DNA of 46,634 bases from Vicinamibacterales bacterium (lineage in GTDB: Bacteria > Acidobacteriota > Vicinamibacteria > Vicinamibacterales > UBA2999): positions 1-46,634 of the forward strand of contig JBFXBH010000007.1 of the NCBI GenBank assembly GCA_050183355.1. The letters run 5' to 3'. This document shows, in pieces, positions 8,621 to 17,703 of the stretch; position 1 is the stretch's first letter; each line of letters opens with the position of its first letter. The notes beneath the pieces are model-generated. The model was not told the origin of the DNA and did no database searches. It was given only the letters and a program-made list of their open reading frames with translations. A program made the position numbers and the translations under genes.

Positions 8621-9841
8621 ATGCGCTGGCTGCCAACCGTCGTCGCCGCTTCGTCGATTCTCGCGCTCACGGCCGTGCTGGACGGCCAGGCCCCGGACTG
8701 GACGCAGTGGCGCGGCCCCAACCGCGACGGCCGGTCCGCGGAGACCGGCCTGCTGAAGGACTGGCCGCAGGGCGGGCCGCCGCTCCTGTGGCGCTCCACC
8801 GGCAACGGTGGCGGCTACTCGTCGTTCGCCGCGTCCGGCGGCCGGCTGTTCACGCTCGGGACCCGCGGGTCGACGGAGTACGTCGTCGCGCTCGACGCCG
8901 AGACCGGCAAGAAGGTCTGGGAAACGCCGAACGGCGCCCTCTTCAGCAACGACCGGGGCGACGGTCCTCGCGGCACGCCGGTCATCGACGGCGATCGACT
9001 CTTCGCGCTCGGCGGCAACGGCGACCTCGCCTGCCTGGATCTCGCGACCGGGAAGCCCGTCTGGAAGAAGAACATCCTGACCGAGTTCAAGGGCGACAAC
9101 CCGTACTGGGGCATCAGCGAGTCGCCGCTCGTGCTGGAAGACCGCGTGCTCGTGCAGCCGGGCGGCCGCAACGCGACGATCGTGGCCCTCGACAAGGCCA
9201 CCGGCGCCGTCATCTGGAAGACGCCCGAGAGCGACCCGGCCGCGTACTCCTCGGCGATGGTCGCCACGATCGGCGGCGTCCGTCAGGCGATCTTCTTCAC
9301 CGAACGGAACGGCATGGGCGTGGACGTCGCCACCGGCAAGGTGCTGTGGACCAACGACCGCGTCAACAACGGCACGGCCAACATCGCCACGCCCATCGTG
9401 AGCGGCAGCCGGGTGTTCCTGTCCTCGGCCTACGACACCGGCGCCGTCCTGCTGGACGTCACCGCGTCAGGCGCGAAGCAGGTGTACTTCACGCGCGAGA
9501 TGATGAACCACCACGCGTCGTCGGTGCTCGTCGGGGAGTACCTCTACGGCTTCTCGAATTCGATCCTCACGGCGATGCGCTTCGCGGACGGGAAGGTCGC
9601 CTGGCAGCACCGCAGCGTCGGCAAGGGGTCGCTGATCTACGCGGACGCCCGGCTCTATCTCTTCAGCGAGCAGGGCCAGGTCGCCCTCGCCGAAGCCACG
9701 CCCGTGCAGTACGTCGAGCACGGCCGCTTCCGCATCAACGCAGGTGAGCTGCCCACGTGGAGCCACCCGATCGTCACGAACGGCAAGCTGATCCTGCGGG
9801 ACCAGGGCACCGTCTACGCCTACGACATCCGCGCAAAATAG
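8621..9841 (+). CDS. Exported PQQ-like (PQQ_2) beta-propeller protein
   Basis: Signal peptide; DWTQWRGPNRDG; repeated ALDAETGKKVW / CLDLATGKPVW tryptophan-docking blades; WSHPIV C-terminus. Confidence 0.87.
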   Translation: MRWLPTVVAASSILALTAVLDGQAPDWTQWRGPNRDGRSAETGLLKDWPQGGPPLLWRSTGNGGGYSSFAASGGRLFTLGTRGSTEYVVALDAETGKKVWETPNGALFSNDRGDGPRGTPVIDGDRLFALGGNGDLACLDLATGKPVWKKNILTEFKGDNPYWGISESPLVLEDRVLVQPGGRNATIVALDKATGAVIWKTPESDPAAYSSAMVATIGGVRQAIFFTERNGMGVDVATGKVLWTNDRVNNGTANIATPIVSGSRVFLSSAYDTGAVLLDVTASGAKQVYFTREMMNHHASSVLVGEYLYGFSNSILTAMRFADGKVAWQHRSVGKGSLIYADARLYLFSEQGQVALAEATPVQYVEHGRFRINAGELPTWSHPIVTNGKLILRDQGTVYAYDIRAK

Positions 9842-9853
9842 CCGTACAGCGAA

Positions 9854-9883
9854 ACGGCCGGCGCAGCGTCGCTGCCCGGCCGT
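9854..9883. terminator. GC-rich hairpin between convergent genes
   Basis: ACGGCCGG-C-GCAGCG-T-CGCTGC-CCGGCCGT; a short U-run (TTTC) follows on the minus strand. Confidence 0.5.
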
Positions 9884-9914
9884 CCCGGATCCTGCCTCCG
9901 CCGGAGCCGCGTGA

Positions 9915-11087
9915 CTAGTTGCCGGCGGGCCTGGCGGCCGGCGCCGGCAGACGCGGCGGCGTCAGGCGTTCGTGGTCGCCGTTGTCCGGCGTGCGCGTGT
10001 CGATGTACTTCAGCGCCTTGCCGTACGCCGTCCGGCCCGGCTTCTCCCAGTGCACCGCCGACCCATCCATGGCCTTCAGCAGTTCCTCCGTGGGCGCTCC
10101 CGCCAGCGTGAACGAGAGATCCACGGACTCAGCCGCGGCGAGCTTGGGGAGCTTCCAGACGATGACGTCGCCGGAGGTATCCGCGGGCGGACGCGGCGTG
10201 GCTCCCTCCTCGTTCGGGTGCGTCGCCAGCGCGAGAGCCGGCAGCAGCCCGAGGCTCGCGAGGGTCTGCGTGCCCTTGTAGCCGGGGCCGGTGCCGCTGA
10301 CCACCTTCGTTCCCGCGGGCACGCGCACGAACACGGTCAGCCCTTCGGCGTCGACACCCACGTTCTTGATGCCGCGGTTCGCCACGGTCACCTTGTAGGT
10401 GGTGTTGCCGCCACTCTGCTCCGCGATCGTGATCGGTGCCGGGGCGTTGCCCGGGTTGAAGCCGGTCTTGATCGCGCCGATCGACGCGCGCACGCCGAGG
10501 TCCTCGACCATGAACTTGTAGATGGCGCGCAGATTCCCTTCCGAGAGGCGATCGGGCGAGTAGTTGCCCATGAGCGACTGCGTGGGCCACTTCGCGGTGT
10601 GGGTGTAGATCACCTTCTTGAACAGGTCGAAGTTCAGCTGCTTCGCGTACTCGCCAAGCCACATGCGGCCCATCTTGTTCTCCGGCTCGTGGCACTGGCC
10701 ACAGCCGGTGATCTGCATGTAGACGCGCTGCTCGTACGGCGCGCTCGCCACCGCCGCGGGCCAGTGCCAGTGGCCGAGCTCCTTCGCCGGCGGCTTCGAC
10801 TTCATGAAGGCGTAGATGCCGTCGATCTGCGCGTCGCTGAGCTGGGCTTCCGTGTAGGCCAGCATGACGCCCCACGGCTTGCGGAGCGCCTGCCGGAACT
10901 GCTCAGGGGTCAGGCCCCGGGCGCCGGCGAGGTCGGGGCCGAATCCACCTTCGCCGTTCTCGCCGTGGCAGAAGTAGCACAGCTTCCCGCGGAAAGCGGC
11001 CTGCCCGACCTTCGGGTCTCCTTGCGCGGCCGCCATGGCGGGTGCCAGCGACAGAACCGACAGCGCGACGAACAGTCTCAGCGTCAT
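9915..11087 (-). CDS. Exported diheme cytochrome c with a C-terminal Ig-like (DUF11-like) domain
   Basis: Signal peptide; CYFCH and CGQCH with candidate distal Met residues (PWGVM, SLMG); TYKVTVANRG...VPAGTKVVS...IVWKLPKLAAAESVDLSFTL. Confidence 0.82.
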   Translation of the reverse strand: MTLRLFVALSVLSLAPAMAAAQGDPKVGQAAFRGKLCYFCHGENGEGGFGPDLAGARGLTPEQFRQALRKPWGVMLAYTEAQLSDAQIDGIYAFMKSKPPAKELGHWHWPAAVASAPYEQRVYMQITGCGQCHEPENKMGRMWLGEYAKQLNFDLFKKVIYTHTAKWPTQSLMGNYSPDRLSEGNLRAIYKFMVEDLGVRASIGAIKTGFNPGNAPAPITIAEQSGGNTTYKVTVANRGIKNVGVDAEGLTVFVRVPAGTKVVSGTGPGYKGTQTLASLGLLPALALATHPNEEGATPRPPADTSGDVIVWKLPKLAAAESVDLSFTLAGAPTEELLKAMDGSAVHWEKPGRTAYGKALKYIDTRTPDNGDHERLTPPRLPAPAARPAGN

Positions 11088-11096
11088 AACCTCTCC

Positions 11097-13397
11097 CTAG
11101 GCCTTGAGAATCGACTTCACGTAGGCGGGTGTCAGCGGAATCCGGCGCGCCATGACGCCCGTGGCGTCGAAGAAGGCCGCCGCCACGGCGTTGGCCGACA
11201 CGGTGTTCGCCGCCTCGCCGCCGCCGTTGATGCCCCGGCCGTCGCGCGACGTGAACACCGTCTTCACCTGCGGCACGTCGCCCATCGATGGAATCCGGTA
11301 CTTCGTCCAGTCGGTGCTCGTCACCTTCGACTGGTCGAACGTGACCTCCTCGAAGAGCGCCTCGCCGAGCCCCATGACCGTGCCGCCCTGGATGTTGGAC
11401 GCGAGATGGCGGGGGTTCATCACCTTCCCGACGTCAACGCCGGTGGTGAACGACAGCACCTTGACGGCGCCGGTGGCCGGGACCACTTCGATCTCCGCGA
11501 TCCCCACCCACTGCGCCCCGCTGCGGATCACCACGCCGACGCCCCGGCCGCGCACGGGTGTCGTGCCGGACCGGCGGGCGTCCGGACCCGGCGACGGGCG
11601 GCTCTTCCAGCCGGCCGCCTGCGCCGTCTCCTTCAGGATCTCGACCAGGCGCGCGTCCGTCGTGTGGCGGATGCGGTAGTCGATCGGATCGGCCTTGGCT
11701 GCCGCGGCGGCTTCCTCGACCGCGGCCTCCAGCGCGAAGTTCTGCTGGCGCTGCCACGGGGTCCGCATGATGTTGCCGCGCAGGCCACCGTTGGCGGACT
11801 CGTTCGCGAGGTTCGCCGTGCCGAACGCGGATTCGACGACCGCCGGCACCTTGTCGTACGGCCACACCGTCGAGATCGCCGGGAAGAGCGGCTTCGTCTT
11901 CGGCGTGATCGTCGGCGCGCCGGCCAGCACCGCGCCGATCATCCGCGCGTCGTTCTCGTGCGGCGAGTACCAGTCGCTCTTGAACGCGACCATGTTGCCC
12001 TGCCCGTCGAGGCCGATCTTCACGTTGGCCACCCAGCCCGGCGACGTGCTCGACCAGGTCAGATCCTCGGTCAGGGTCCACTGCACGCGGACCGGCTTGC
12101 CGACCAGCTTCGACAGGATGGCCGCGTCCGCCATCGCGCCGTCGCCGCCGAAGGTCGTGCGGCCGTACTGCCCCGGTCCCTGCGCCCACCGGATCACGAC
12201 CTGCTCGACCGGCACGCCCATGATGTGCGCGATGTGCGCCCGGGCCCCCTGCGACTGGGACGACTGGGACCAGATCGTGATGCTGTCGGCCTTCACGTCA
12301 GCCGTGGCGACGTACGCCCCCATCGGCGCGTGGCGCACATACGGCTGCTCGTAGGTCGCCGCGACCGTCCGGGCCGCCTTCGCCAGCCCGGCGTCCGCCT
12401 TCGCGAGGTCGCCGCGGCGGCCGACGTCCTCCCACTTCGCCGCCCGCAGCGCCGCCGTCAGGTTGCTGCTCGTGGGCAACCCGGACCACGCCGTCCACTT
12501 CGTCAGTGCCGCGACCGCACGCGCCGCCGACACGGCTTCCCACTCGTTCGGCGAGACCACGGCCACGAGGTTCTTCTGCACGACGACTTCGGCCGTCGGG
12601 AACTTCGCCTTGTCGAGCCGGCCCGCTTCGACGAGCGTCGACCCGAGCGTGGCGGGACGGACCATCCGGGCGTGCAGCATGCCCGGCACCTTCACGTCGC
12701 CGCTGTAGACGGCCTTGCCGCGCACGATGTCCTCGATGGACGGGCGGGGATGATTGCCACCGACCACGGTGTATTGCTCGGTCCGCTTCATCGGCGGGTT
12801 GCCCGTCACGCTGAGGCCCATCAGATCCGCGATGCCGACCGGATCCTTCGGGTCGACCCGCGCCAGGCGCCCGGTCACGGGGATCGTCAGACTCAACTGC
12901 TGTCCCTTCACCAGGTCCGTGTAGCTGACGGACTTCCCGCCGCCGCTCACGACACCGTTGGCGACCTTGAGGCTGGCGACCGGCGCACCGAGCCGCTCGG
13001 CCGCGAGGCCCAGCAGCGCCTGCCGTGTGTACGACGCCACCTTCTTCAGGTTGTTGACGCCGCCGAGGAAGCCGGCGGAGAAGCCGCCATCCGGCGTCTC
13101 GTCCGTGTGCCCGCCGATGATCGTCACCTTCGCGGGGTCGACGTCCAGTTCCTCGGCAACCGCCTGTGCGTAGAATGCGGTCGACGCCGTGCCGGTCTCC
13201 GTCTTGCCCGTGCGCGCGACGATCGTGCCGTCGGCGCGCAGCTCCAGCCACGAGGCGAGCTTCGTGGCATCCAGCGTGCGCGACGCGCCTTCCGCGGCGG
13301 CGGACGCCTCACGGACCGGCAGCGAGGCCGAGACGACCAGGGCGCCGCCGGCCTTGACGAACGTGCGGCGCGTGAGTGTGGGGTGGATGAGGCTCAT
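11097..13397 (-). CDS. Xanthine oxidase-family molybdopterin large subunit (IorB/NicB-like), Tat-exported
   Basis: ATG 13397 after SD GGAGG; LTRRTFVKAGG Tat motif; GKTETGTA, GMLHARMVRP, PYVRHAPMG, IQGGTVMGLGEALFEEV, GGGEAA (catalytic Glu), RRIPLTP. Confidence 0.9.
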   Translation of the reverse strand: MSLIHPTLTRRTFVKAGGALVVSASLPVREASAAAEGASRTLDATKLASWLELRADGTIVARTGKTETGTASTAFYAQAVAEELDVDPAKVTIIGGHTDETPDGGFSAGFLGGVNNLKKVASYTRQALLGLAAERLGAPVASLKVANGVVSGGGKSVSYTDLVKGQQLSLTIPVTGRLARVDPKDPVGIADLMGLSVTGNPPMKRTEQYTVVGGNHPRPSIEDIVRGKAVYSGDVKVPGMLHARMVRPATLGSTLVEAGRLDKAKFPTAEVVVQKNLVAVVSPNEWEAVSAARAVAALTKWTAWSGLPTSSNLTAALRAAKWEDVGRRGDLAKADAGLAKAARTVAATYEQPYVRHAPMGAYVATADVKADSITIWSQSSQSQGARAHIAHIMGVPVEQVVIRWAQGPGQYGRTTFGGDGAMADAAILSKLVGKPVRVQWTLTEDLTWSSTSPGWVANVKIGLDGQGNMVAFKSDWYSPHENDARMIGAVLAGAPTITPKTKPLFPAISTVWPYDKVPAVVESAFGTANLANESANGGLRGNIMRTPWQRQQNFALEAAVEEAAAAAKADPIDYRIRHTTDARLVEILKETAQAAGWKSRPSPGPDARRSGTTPVRGRGVGVVIRSGAQWVGIAEIEVVPATGAVKVLSFTTGVDVGKVMNPRHLASNIQGGTVMGLGEALFEEVTFDQSKVTSTDWTKYRIPSMGDVPQVKTVFTSRDGRGINGGGEAANTVSANAVAAAFFDATGVMARRIPLTPAYVKSILKA

Positions 13398-13411
13398 GCT
13401 GGTTCCCTCCG

Positions 13412-13927
13412 TCAGCCGGCGATGGCTTTGGACGCGCGCTGGACGGCGGCGACAATGCCGGTGTACGTGCCGCAGCGGCACAGGTGCGGCGAGGGAGGGT
13501 TGTTCGTGAAGGCCGTGCGTATCTGTTCGACGGTGGGCTTCGGGGTCTTCTCCAGCAGGTCGACGGCGGCGATCATCATGCCGCTCTGGCAGTAACCGCA
13601 CTGCGGCACCTGCTCGTCGATCCACGCCTGCTGCACGGGATGCAGCGTGTCGGCCGTCAACGGCTTGCCGGTCTTCGCCGCCCACAGTCCGGGCAGGCCC
13701 TCGATGGTGTGGATCTTCTTCCCGCCGATGCGCGAGACGGTCGTCGTGCACGACCGGATCTCCTTGCCGTCGGCGAGCACCGCGCAGGCGCCGCATTGCG
13801 ACATCCCGCAGCCGAGGCGCGTCGCCATCAGGTTCAGGTCGTTGCGCAGGACATAGATGAGCGGGGTATCGGCGGCGGCGTTCACCGTGTGGGTCTTCCC
13901 GTTCACGGTCAGGGTGTAGCTCGGCAT
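13412..13927 (-). CDS. 2x[2Fe-2S] small subunit (IorA/CoxS-like)
   Basis: CGMSQCGAC...RSC and QCGYCQSG...LCRCGTY. Confidence 0.93.
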   Translation of the reverse strand: MPSYTLTVNGKTHTVNAAADTPLIYVLRNDLNLMATRLGCGMSQCGACAVLADGKEIRSCTTTVSRIGGKKIHTIEGLPGLWAAKTGKPLTADTLHPVQQAWIDEQVPQCGYCQSGMMIAAVDLLEKTPKPTVEQIRTAFTNNPPSPHLCRCGTYTGIVAAVQRASKAIAG

Positions 13928-13965
13928 GGGAACCTCTGCTGAAAGAGCGGCGACGGAGTGCCGCG

Positions 13966-13971
13966 ATTATA
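13966..13971 (-). promoter_or_regulatory. Consensus -10 box upstream of the Mo-enzyme operon
   Basis: TATAAT on the minus strand, 38 nt upstream of ATG 13927, in a very GC-rich background; no clear -35. Confidence 0.5.
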
Positions 13972-13987
13972 CGCCCGGGCTCCGGGC

Positions 13988-14935
13988 TCAGCCGGGCGGC
14001 AGCTCGGCATACAGCACGGCGAACGCGGCGGCCGCGCCGCTCACGTCATAGGCGGCAAACCGCTCTGGCAACTGGAGTTCCGCCGCGGCCTGCTCGGGCG
14101 TGCGGCCCGCCGCCTTTGCGCGCCGGCCGGCCTCGACGAGCGCCGCGACGAAGTCCGCGTACTCCTCGACGTCCTTCCACTGCGCCGTCGTCGAGATCGG
14201 CATCACGGACTGCGGCTTGTGCAGGCCCACGCCGCCGGTCTTCGGCGACTCGCGGCCCGGCACCGCCGACCGGGCCGTCGTCACGGCGGCACGTGCCTTC
14301 GCCAGCGTCTGGGTCAGACCGATCAGGCTCCCACCCAGCGCCGGCTCGACCACCGGCACCGCCTTCCGCGGGAAGAGCTCGCTCATGTACGCGAGGCGCT
14401 TCTCCTTGAAGACGATCAGCGCTTCGGCACCCGTGCGGCCGGGTCCGAGAACCATCAGATCCATGACGTCCGGGCCGTCGAGCAGCGTCGCCGTGCCGGT
14501 CACGACGGTCGACGGCGCGAACTTCGCTGCCGCGCCGGCGAACACGCCCAGTTGCGCCGCGCGGTCCGCCACCGCTTTCGGCGCGATGACGGTCGTCACG
14601 TCCGGATAGTCCAGGTTCGCCTTCAGCGCCTCAACGGAACTGCGCAGGTTCACGATGGTCCGCACGGGCTGGTCCGTCACGGTGGAGAGCGCCTCGAGCG
14701 AGGCCTTCCCGAGCCCCGGCAACGGGTCGATCAGCACCACACCGTCGTCCCGCGTCAGCGCGACCGCGTTGGCGCCGCCGCCCGAGAGCACGAACAGGAT
14801 GTCGTACGCGTTCAGATTCCAGAGTGTGACGGCCGGCGCGGCCGTCTGCGCCGCCACCTCCGCCCGCGGCAGACCGGCGGCGGCGGCCAGCAGCGCGACC
14901 ACCGCGCAGGCCGCCCGCGCACGCGGGCGCCTCAC
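13988..14935 (-). CDS. Exported metallo-beta-lactamase-fold protein lacking the metal-binding histidines (probable pseudoenzyme)
   Basis: GTG 14935 overlaps the upstream TGA (GTGA). Signal peptide; LFVLSGGGANAVALTRDDGVVLIDP...VTDQPVRTIVN is MBL/cyclase-like, but the HxHxDH position reads LRSSVE. Confidence 0.72.
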   Translation of the reverse strand: MRRPRARAACAVVALLAAAAGLPRAEVAAQTAAPAVTLWNLNAYDILFVLSGGGANAVALTRDDGVVLIDPLPGLGKASLEALSTVTDQPVRTIVNLRSSVEALKANLDYPDVTTVIAPKAVADRAAQLGVFAGAAAKFAPSTVVTGTATLLDGPDVMDLMVLGPGRTGAEALIVFKEKRLAYMSELFPRKAVPVVEPALGGSLIGLTQTLAKARAAVTTARSAVPGRESPKTGGVGLHKPQSVMPISTTAQWKDVEEYADFVAALVEAGRRAKAAGRTPEQAAAELQLPERFAAYDVSGAAAAFAVLYAELPPG

Positions 14936-16275
14936 TTCCCGTCCTTCGCGAGCGACGCGGCGATGATCTCCTCGTCGTTGCGGGCATAGATGTGCCGGTT
15001 GGCGTAGGCCGGGTGCGACCAGTTCACGTTGACGAGCTGTCGCCGGTTGCCCGGAGGCGAGGTGGGCTTGATGAGCGCCGTCCGGCTGATCTCCTTGTAC
15101 CCGGCCGGGTCCGGCTGCACGATGATGAGCTCCCCGCGATCGTTGTTGATGAAGAGGCGCTCGCCATTGACGACGATGTGCCCGGTGGCCCACCGCGACC
15201 GCTCCTTCGTCACCGCCTGCGTTTCCCACAGCCGCTCGCCGTCGGAGACGCGCATGCACCGGAACTGGCCGTAGCTGCAGATGCCGTAGATGTGGCCGTT
15301 GACGATCACCGGCCCGGAGAGCGTCGAGTGCAGGCCGTCGGTCTGGAGTTCGTTGTTGCTCTTGCCCTTCCACATCATCGACGCGGCCGGCTTCTGCCGG
15401 TCGAGGTTCAGCATCAGGCCGCCGTCGTAGAACGTGCTGAAGAACAGGTGCGGGCCGCTCTTGAACGGCATCGCGGCCGACGCGCTGCCGCCGACGCGCC
15501 ACGGCGTCTCCCAGCGGACCTTGCCGTTCTCGGGGTTGAGGGACGCCACCGCGCCCGGGTACCAGACGATGAGCTGCTTCGCACCGCCCTCCGTGATCAT
15601 CAGCGGCTGCGCCGCACCCAGCTCCGTCTCCATCGAGAGTGACTTCCAGATCACCTGGCCGGTGAACTTGTCGAGCGCGATCACCTTCGCGTCCGGCTGG
15701 CCGCCGACCATGCAGATCAGGTTGTTGCCGTCGACCAGCGGCGCCCCGGTGTAGCCGTAGTTGAACGCCCAGGTCCGCGGGTCCGCGCCCAGGTCCGCGA
15801 CGTAGTCCTTCTTCCAGATCACCTCACCCGTGGCGGCCCTGAAGCAGAACAGCTTGCCGTTGACGCCGAGCACGTAGACGCGGTCCCCGTCCACGGTCGG
15901 CGTGGCGCGTGGACCCACCGGCCACAGAATGCCGCCGTAGTCGGCGGGCCACTCGTGCGTCCAGAGAATCTTTCCAGTCTTCTCGTCGAGGGCCAGCGCC
16001 CGTTCGGTCCCCTTCGGGCCCTTCTGCTCGATGAAGTCGGTCAGGAACACGCGGCCGCCGGCCACGGACGGCCCGCTGAAGCCGCGGTTGACGGGTGTCC
16101 GCCACAGGATCTTCAGGCCCTCGGCGGGAAACGTCTCGAGGATCCCGGTCTCCTTCCAGACGCCGGCGCGGCCCGCGCCGCGGTACTCCGGCCAGTCCTC
16201 GGCCGAGAGCGGTGACGACAGGCTCGCGACCGACAGGACGGCCGACGCGAGCAGCACGAAGACGGGCTTCCGCAC
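14932..16275 (-). CDS. Exported PQQ-like beta-propeller protein
   Basis: SD GGGAGG; signal peptide; EDWPEYRGAGRAG; ALDEKTGKILW blades; GPRATPTV; WSHPAYAN. Confidence 0.87.
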   Translation of the reverse strand: MRKPVFVLLASAVLSVASLSSPLSAEDWPEYRGAGRAGVWKETGILETFPAEGLKILWRTPVNRGFSGPSVAGGRVFLTDFIEQKGPKGTERALALDEKTGKILWTHEWPADYGGILWPVGPRATPTVDGDRVYVLGVNGKLFCFRAATGEVIWKKDYVADLGADPRTWAFNYGYTGAPLVDGNNLICMVGGQPDAKVIALDKFTGQVIWKSLSMETELGAAQPLMITEGGAKQLIVWYPGAVASLNPENGKVRWETPWRVGGSASAAMPFKSGPHLFFSTFYDGGLMLNLDRQKPAASMMWKGKSNNELQTDGLHSTLSGPVIVNGHIYGICSYGQFRCMRVSDGERLWETQAVTKERSRWATGHIVVNGERLFINNDRGELIIVQPDPAGYKEISRTALIKPTSPPGNRRQLVNVNWSHPAYANRHIYARNDEEIIAASLAKDGK

Positions 16276-16367
16276 GCTTCCCCCTCCCGGCCGGCGCGGC
16301 CGGACTCAACCGTGACCGGATGATAGCCGCGGGGCCCCGGCCCCTCCATGGAAATCCGGCCGTCCGC

Positions 16368-17702
16368 TCACGCCCGGCGCCCGCTCGCGACAGCGGCCCC
16401 GGACCGGTCCCGGCTGAGCGTCAGGACCAGCAGGCCCCCGAGGGCCAGTGACACCGCCAGGTAGAGCATCGCCCCCGCGAATCCCCCGCTCTGCTCGCGC
16501 ATGAAGCCCGTGATCGACGGCCCGAAGAACCCGCCGAGGTTGCCGATGGAGTTGATGAGGCCGATCGCCCCGGCCGCGGCCGGGCCGGACAGGAATGTCG
16601 TCGGGTACGACCACCAGACCGCCATCGGCGCGTACGTGCCGATGCCGGCCAGCACCAGGCACCCGTAGAACAGCCACGGCGCGTGCACCAGCCCCCCCAG
16701 CGCCATGCCGATGGCGGCGACGAACAGATGGAGCGCCACGTGCCACCGCTTCTCGTCCCGCGCGGACGAGGAGTGTCCCGTGTACACGGACACCGCCAGC
16801 GACACCACCATCGCCGCCGCGAAGGCCTGTCCGACGCCGACGTTCGACCAGCCCGACACGTCACTGAGCGCGGTCGGCATCCAGTAGTTGAAACCCCAGT
16901 AGCCGGTGATCCAGAGGAAGTAGATCAGGCACAGCTTGAGCACCTCGCGGTCGCCGAGCGCCTCCCAGACGGTGTACTTGCGGACGGCGGCCTTCCCGGC
17001 CACCTCGCGCTCGAACTGTTCCGTCAGGAAGCGCTGCTCGGCCGGCGTCAGCCACCGCGCCTCGCTCGGGCGGTCCGCCAGCCAGCGCAGCACGACGAAC
17101 CCGAACAGCACGGCCGGCGCGGCCTCGATCGCAAACAGCGCCTGCCAGCCCCTGAGCCCGAACGGCGACAGGCCGACCAGCCAGCCGGCGAGCGGCGCGC
17201 CGATGATGACCGAGACCTGGAGCGAGGTCAGCAGCACGGCGATGGCACGGGCGCGTTCCCGGGGCGGAAAGAACCGCGGGATGCAGGTCGCGTAGATGAC
17301 CGGATACAGGCTCGCCTCCGCCACGCCCAGCAGGAATCGGAGCAGGTAGAACTGCCACGCCGTCTCCATGACGACCATCAGGGCCGAGACCAGGCCCCAC
17401 GAGATCATGATCCGGGCGATCCAGATGCGCGGGCTGTAACGCTCGGCGATCAGCGCGCCGGGAATCTCGAAGAAGAAATACCCGGCGAAGAAGATCCCGG
17501 CGCCGAGGCCGAAGACCTGGGCGCTGAAGCCCAGGTCCGTATTCATCGTCAGCGCGGCGTAGCCGATGTTGACGCGGTCGATGTAGGCGATGACGGAGAC
17601 GATGAACAGCGGCAGAACGAGATTGCGGTAGGCCTTCCGCCTGGCGCTCGCCTCGACCGCATCGACCGTCCCCTCCGCCGGGCTGCTCGCGGTGGCGGGC
17701 AC
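16368..17702 (-). CDS. MFS transporter, anion:cation symporter (tartrate/phthalate/nicotinate permease-like) family
   Basis: YIDRVNIGYAALTM, GLGAGIFFAGYFFFEIP, WIARIMISWG, RFLLGVAEA, GLRGWQALFAIE, GLINSIGNLGGFFGP; about 12 hydrophobic segments. Confidence 0.92.
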   Translation of the reverse strand: MPATASSPAEGTVDAVEASARRKAYRNLVLPLFIVSVIAYIDRVNIGYAALTMNTDLGFSAQVFGLGAGIFFAGYFFFEIPGALIAERYSPRIWIARIMISWGLVSALMVVMETAWQFYLLRFLLGVAEASLYPVIYATCIPRFFPPRERARAIAVLLTSLQVSVIIGAPLAGWLVGLSPFGLRGWQALFAIEAAPAVLFGFVVLRWLADRPSEARWLTPAEQRFLTEQFEREVAGKAAVRKYTVWEALGDREVLKLCLIYFLWITGYWGFNYWMPTALSDVSGWSNVGVGQAFAAAMVVSLAVSVYTGHSSSARDEKRWHVALHLFVAAIGMALGGLVHAPWLFYGCLVLAGIGTYAPMAVWWSYPTTFLSGPAAAGAIGLINSIGNLGGFFGPSITGFMREQSGGFAGAMLYLAVSLALGGLLVLTLSRDRSGAAVASGRRA

Positions 17703-17703
17703 C

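Noticed and set aside
8621-9841. Calling this gene or 14932-16275 bamB or a true PQQ dehydrogenase
   Set aside because: There is no lipobox or bam gene context and no WDxD catalytic motif; they fit the expanded DW..(W/Y)RG propeller family of unknown function.
9972-13595. 1207-aa plus-strand ORF and other long antisense ORFs (957-2666, 22205-24319, 32488-34773, 40702-42774)
   Set aside because: These are shadow frames opposite well-supported genes. They are Arg/Gly/Ala-rich with no motifs, as expected in very GC-rich DNA with few stop codons.
13398-13796. N-terminal extensions of track ORFs (Mo subunit to 13796, MBL to 15502, DUF1552 to 36425, E2 to 45819, cyt c-DUF1080 to 24982)
   Set aside because: Each overlaps an upstream real gene in another frame; downstream starts have SDs or stop-start overlaps, and fit signal peptides or domain boundaries.
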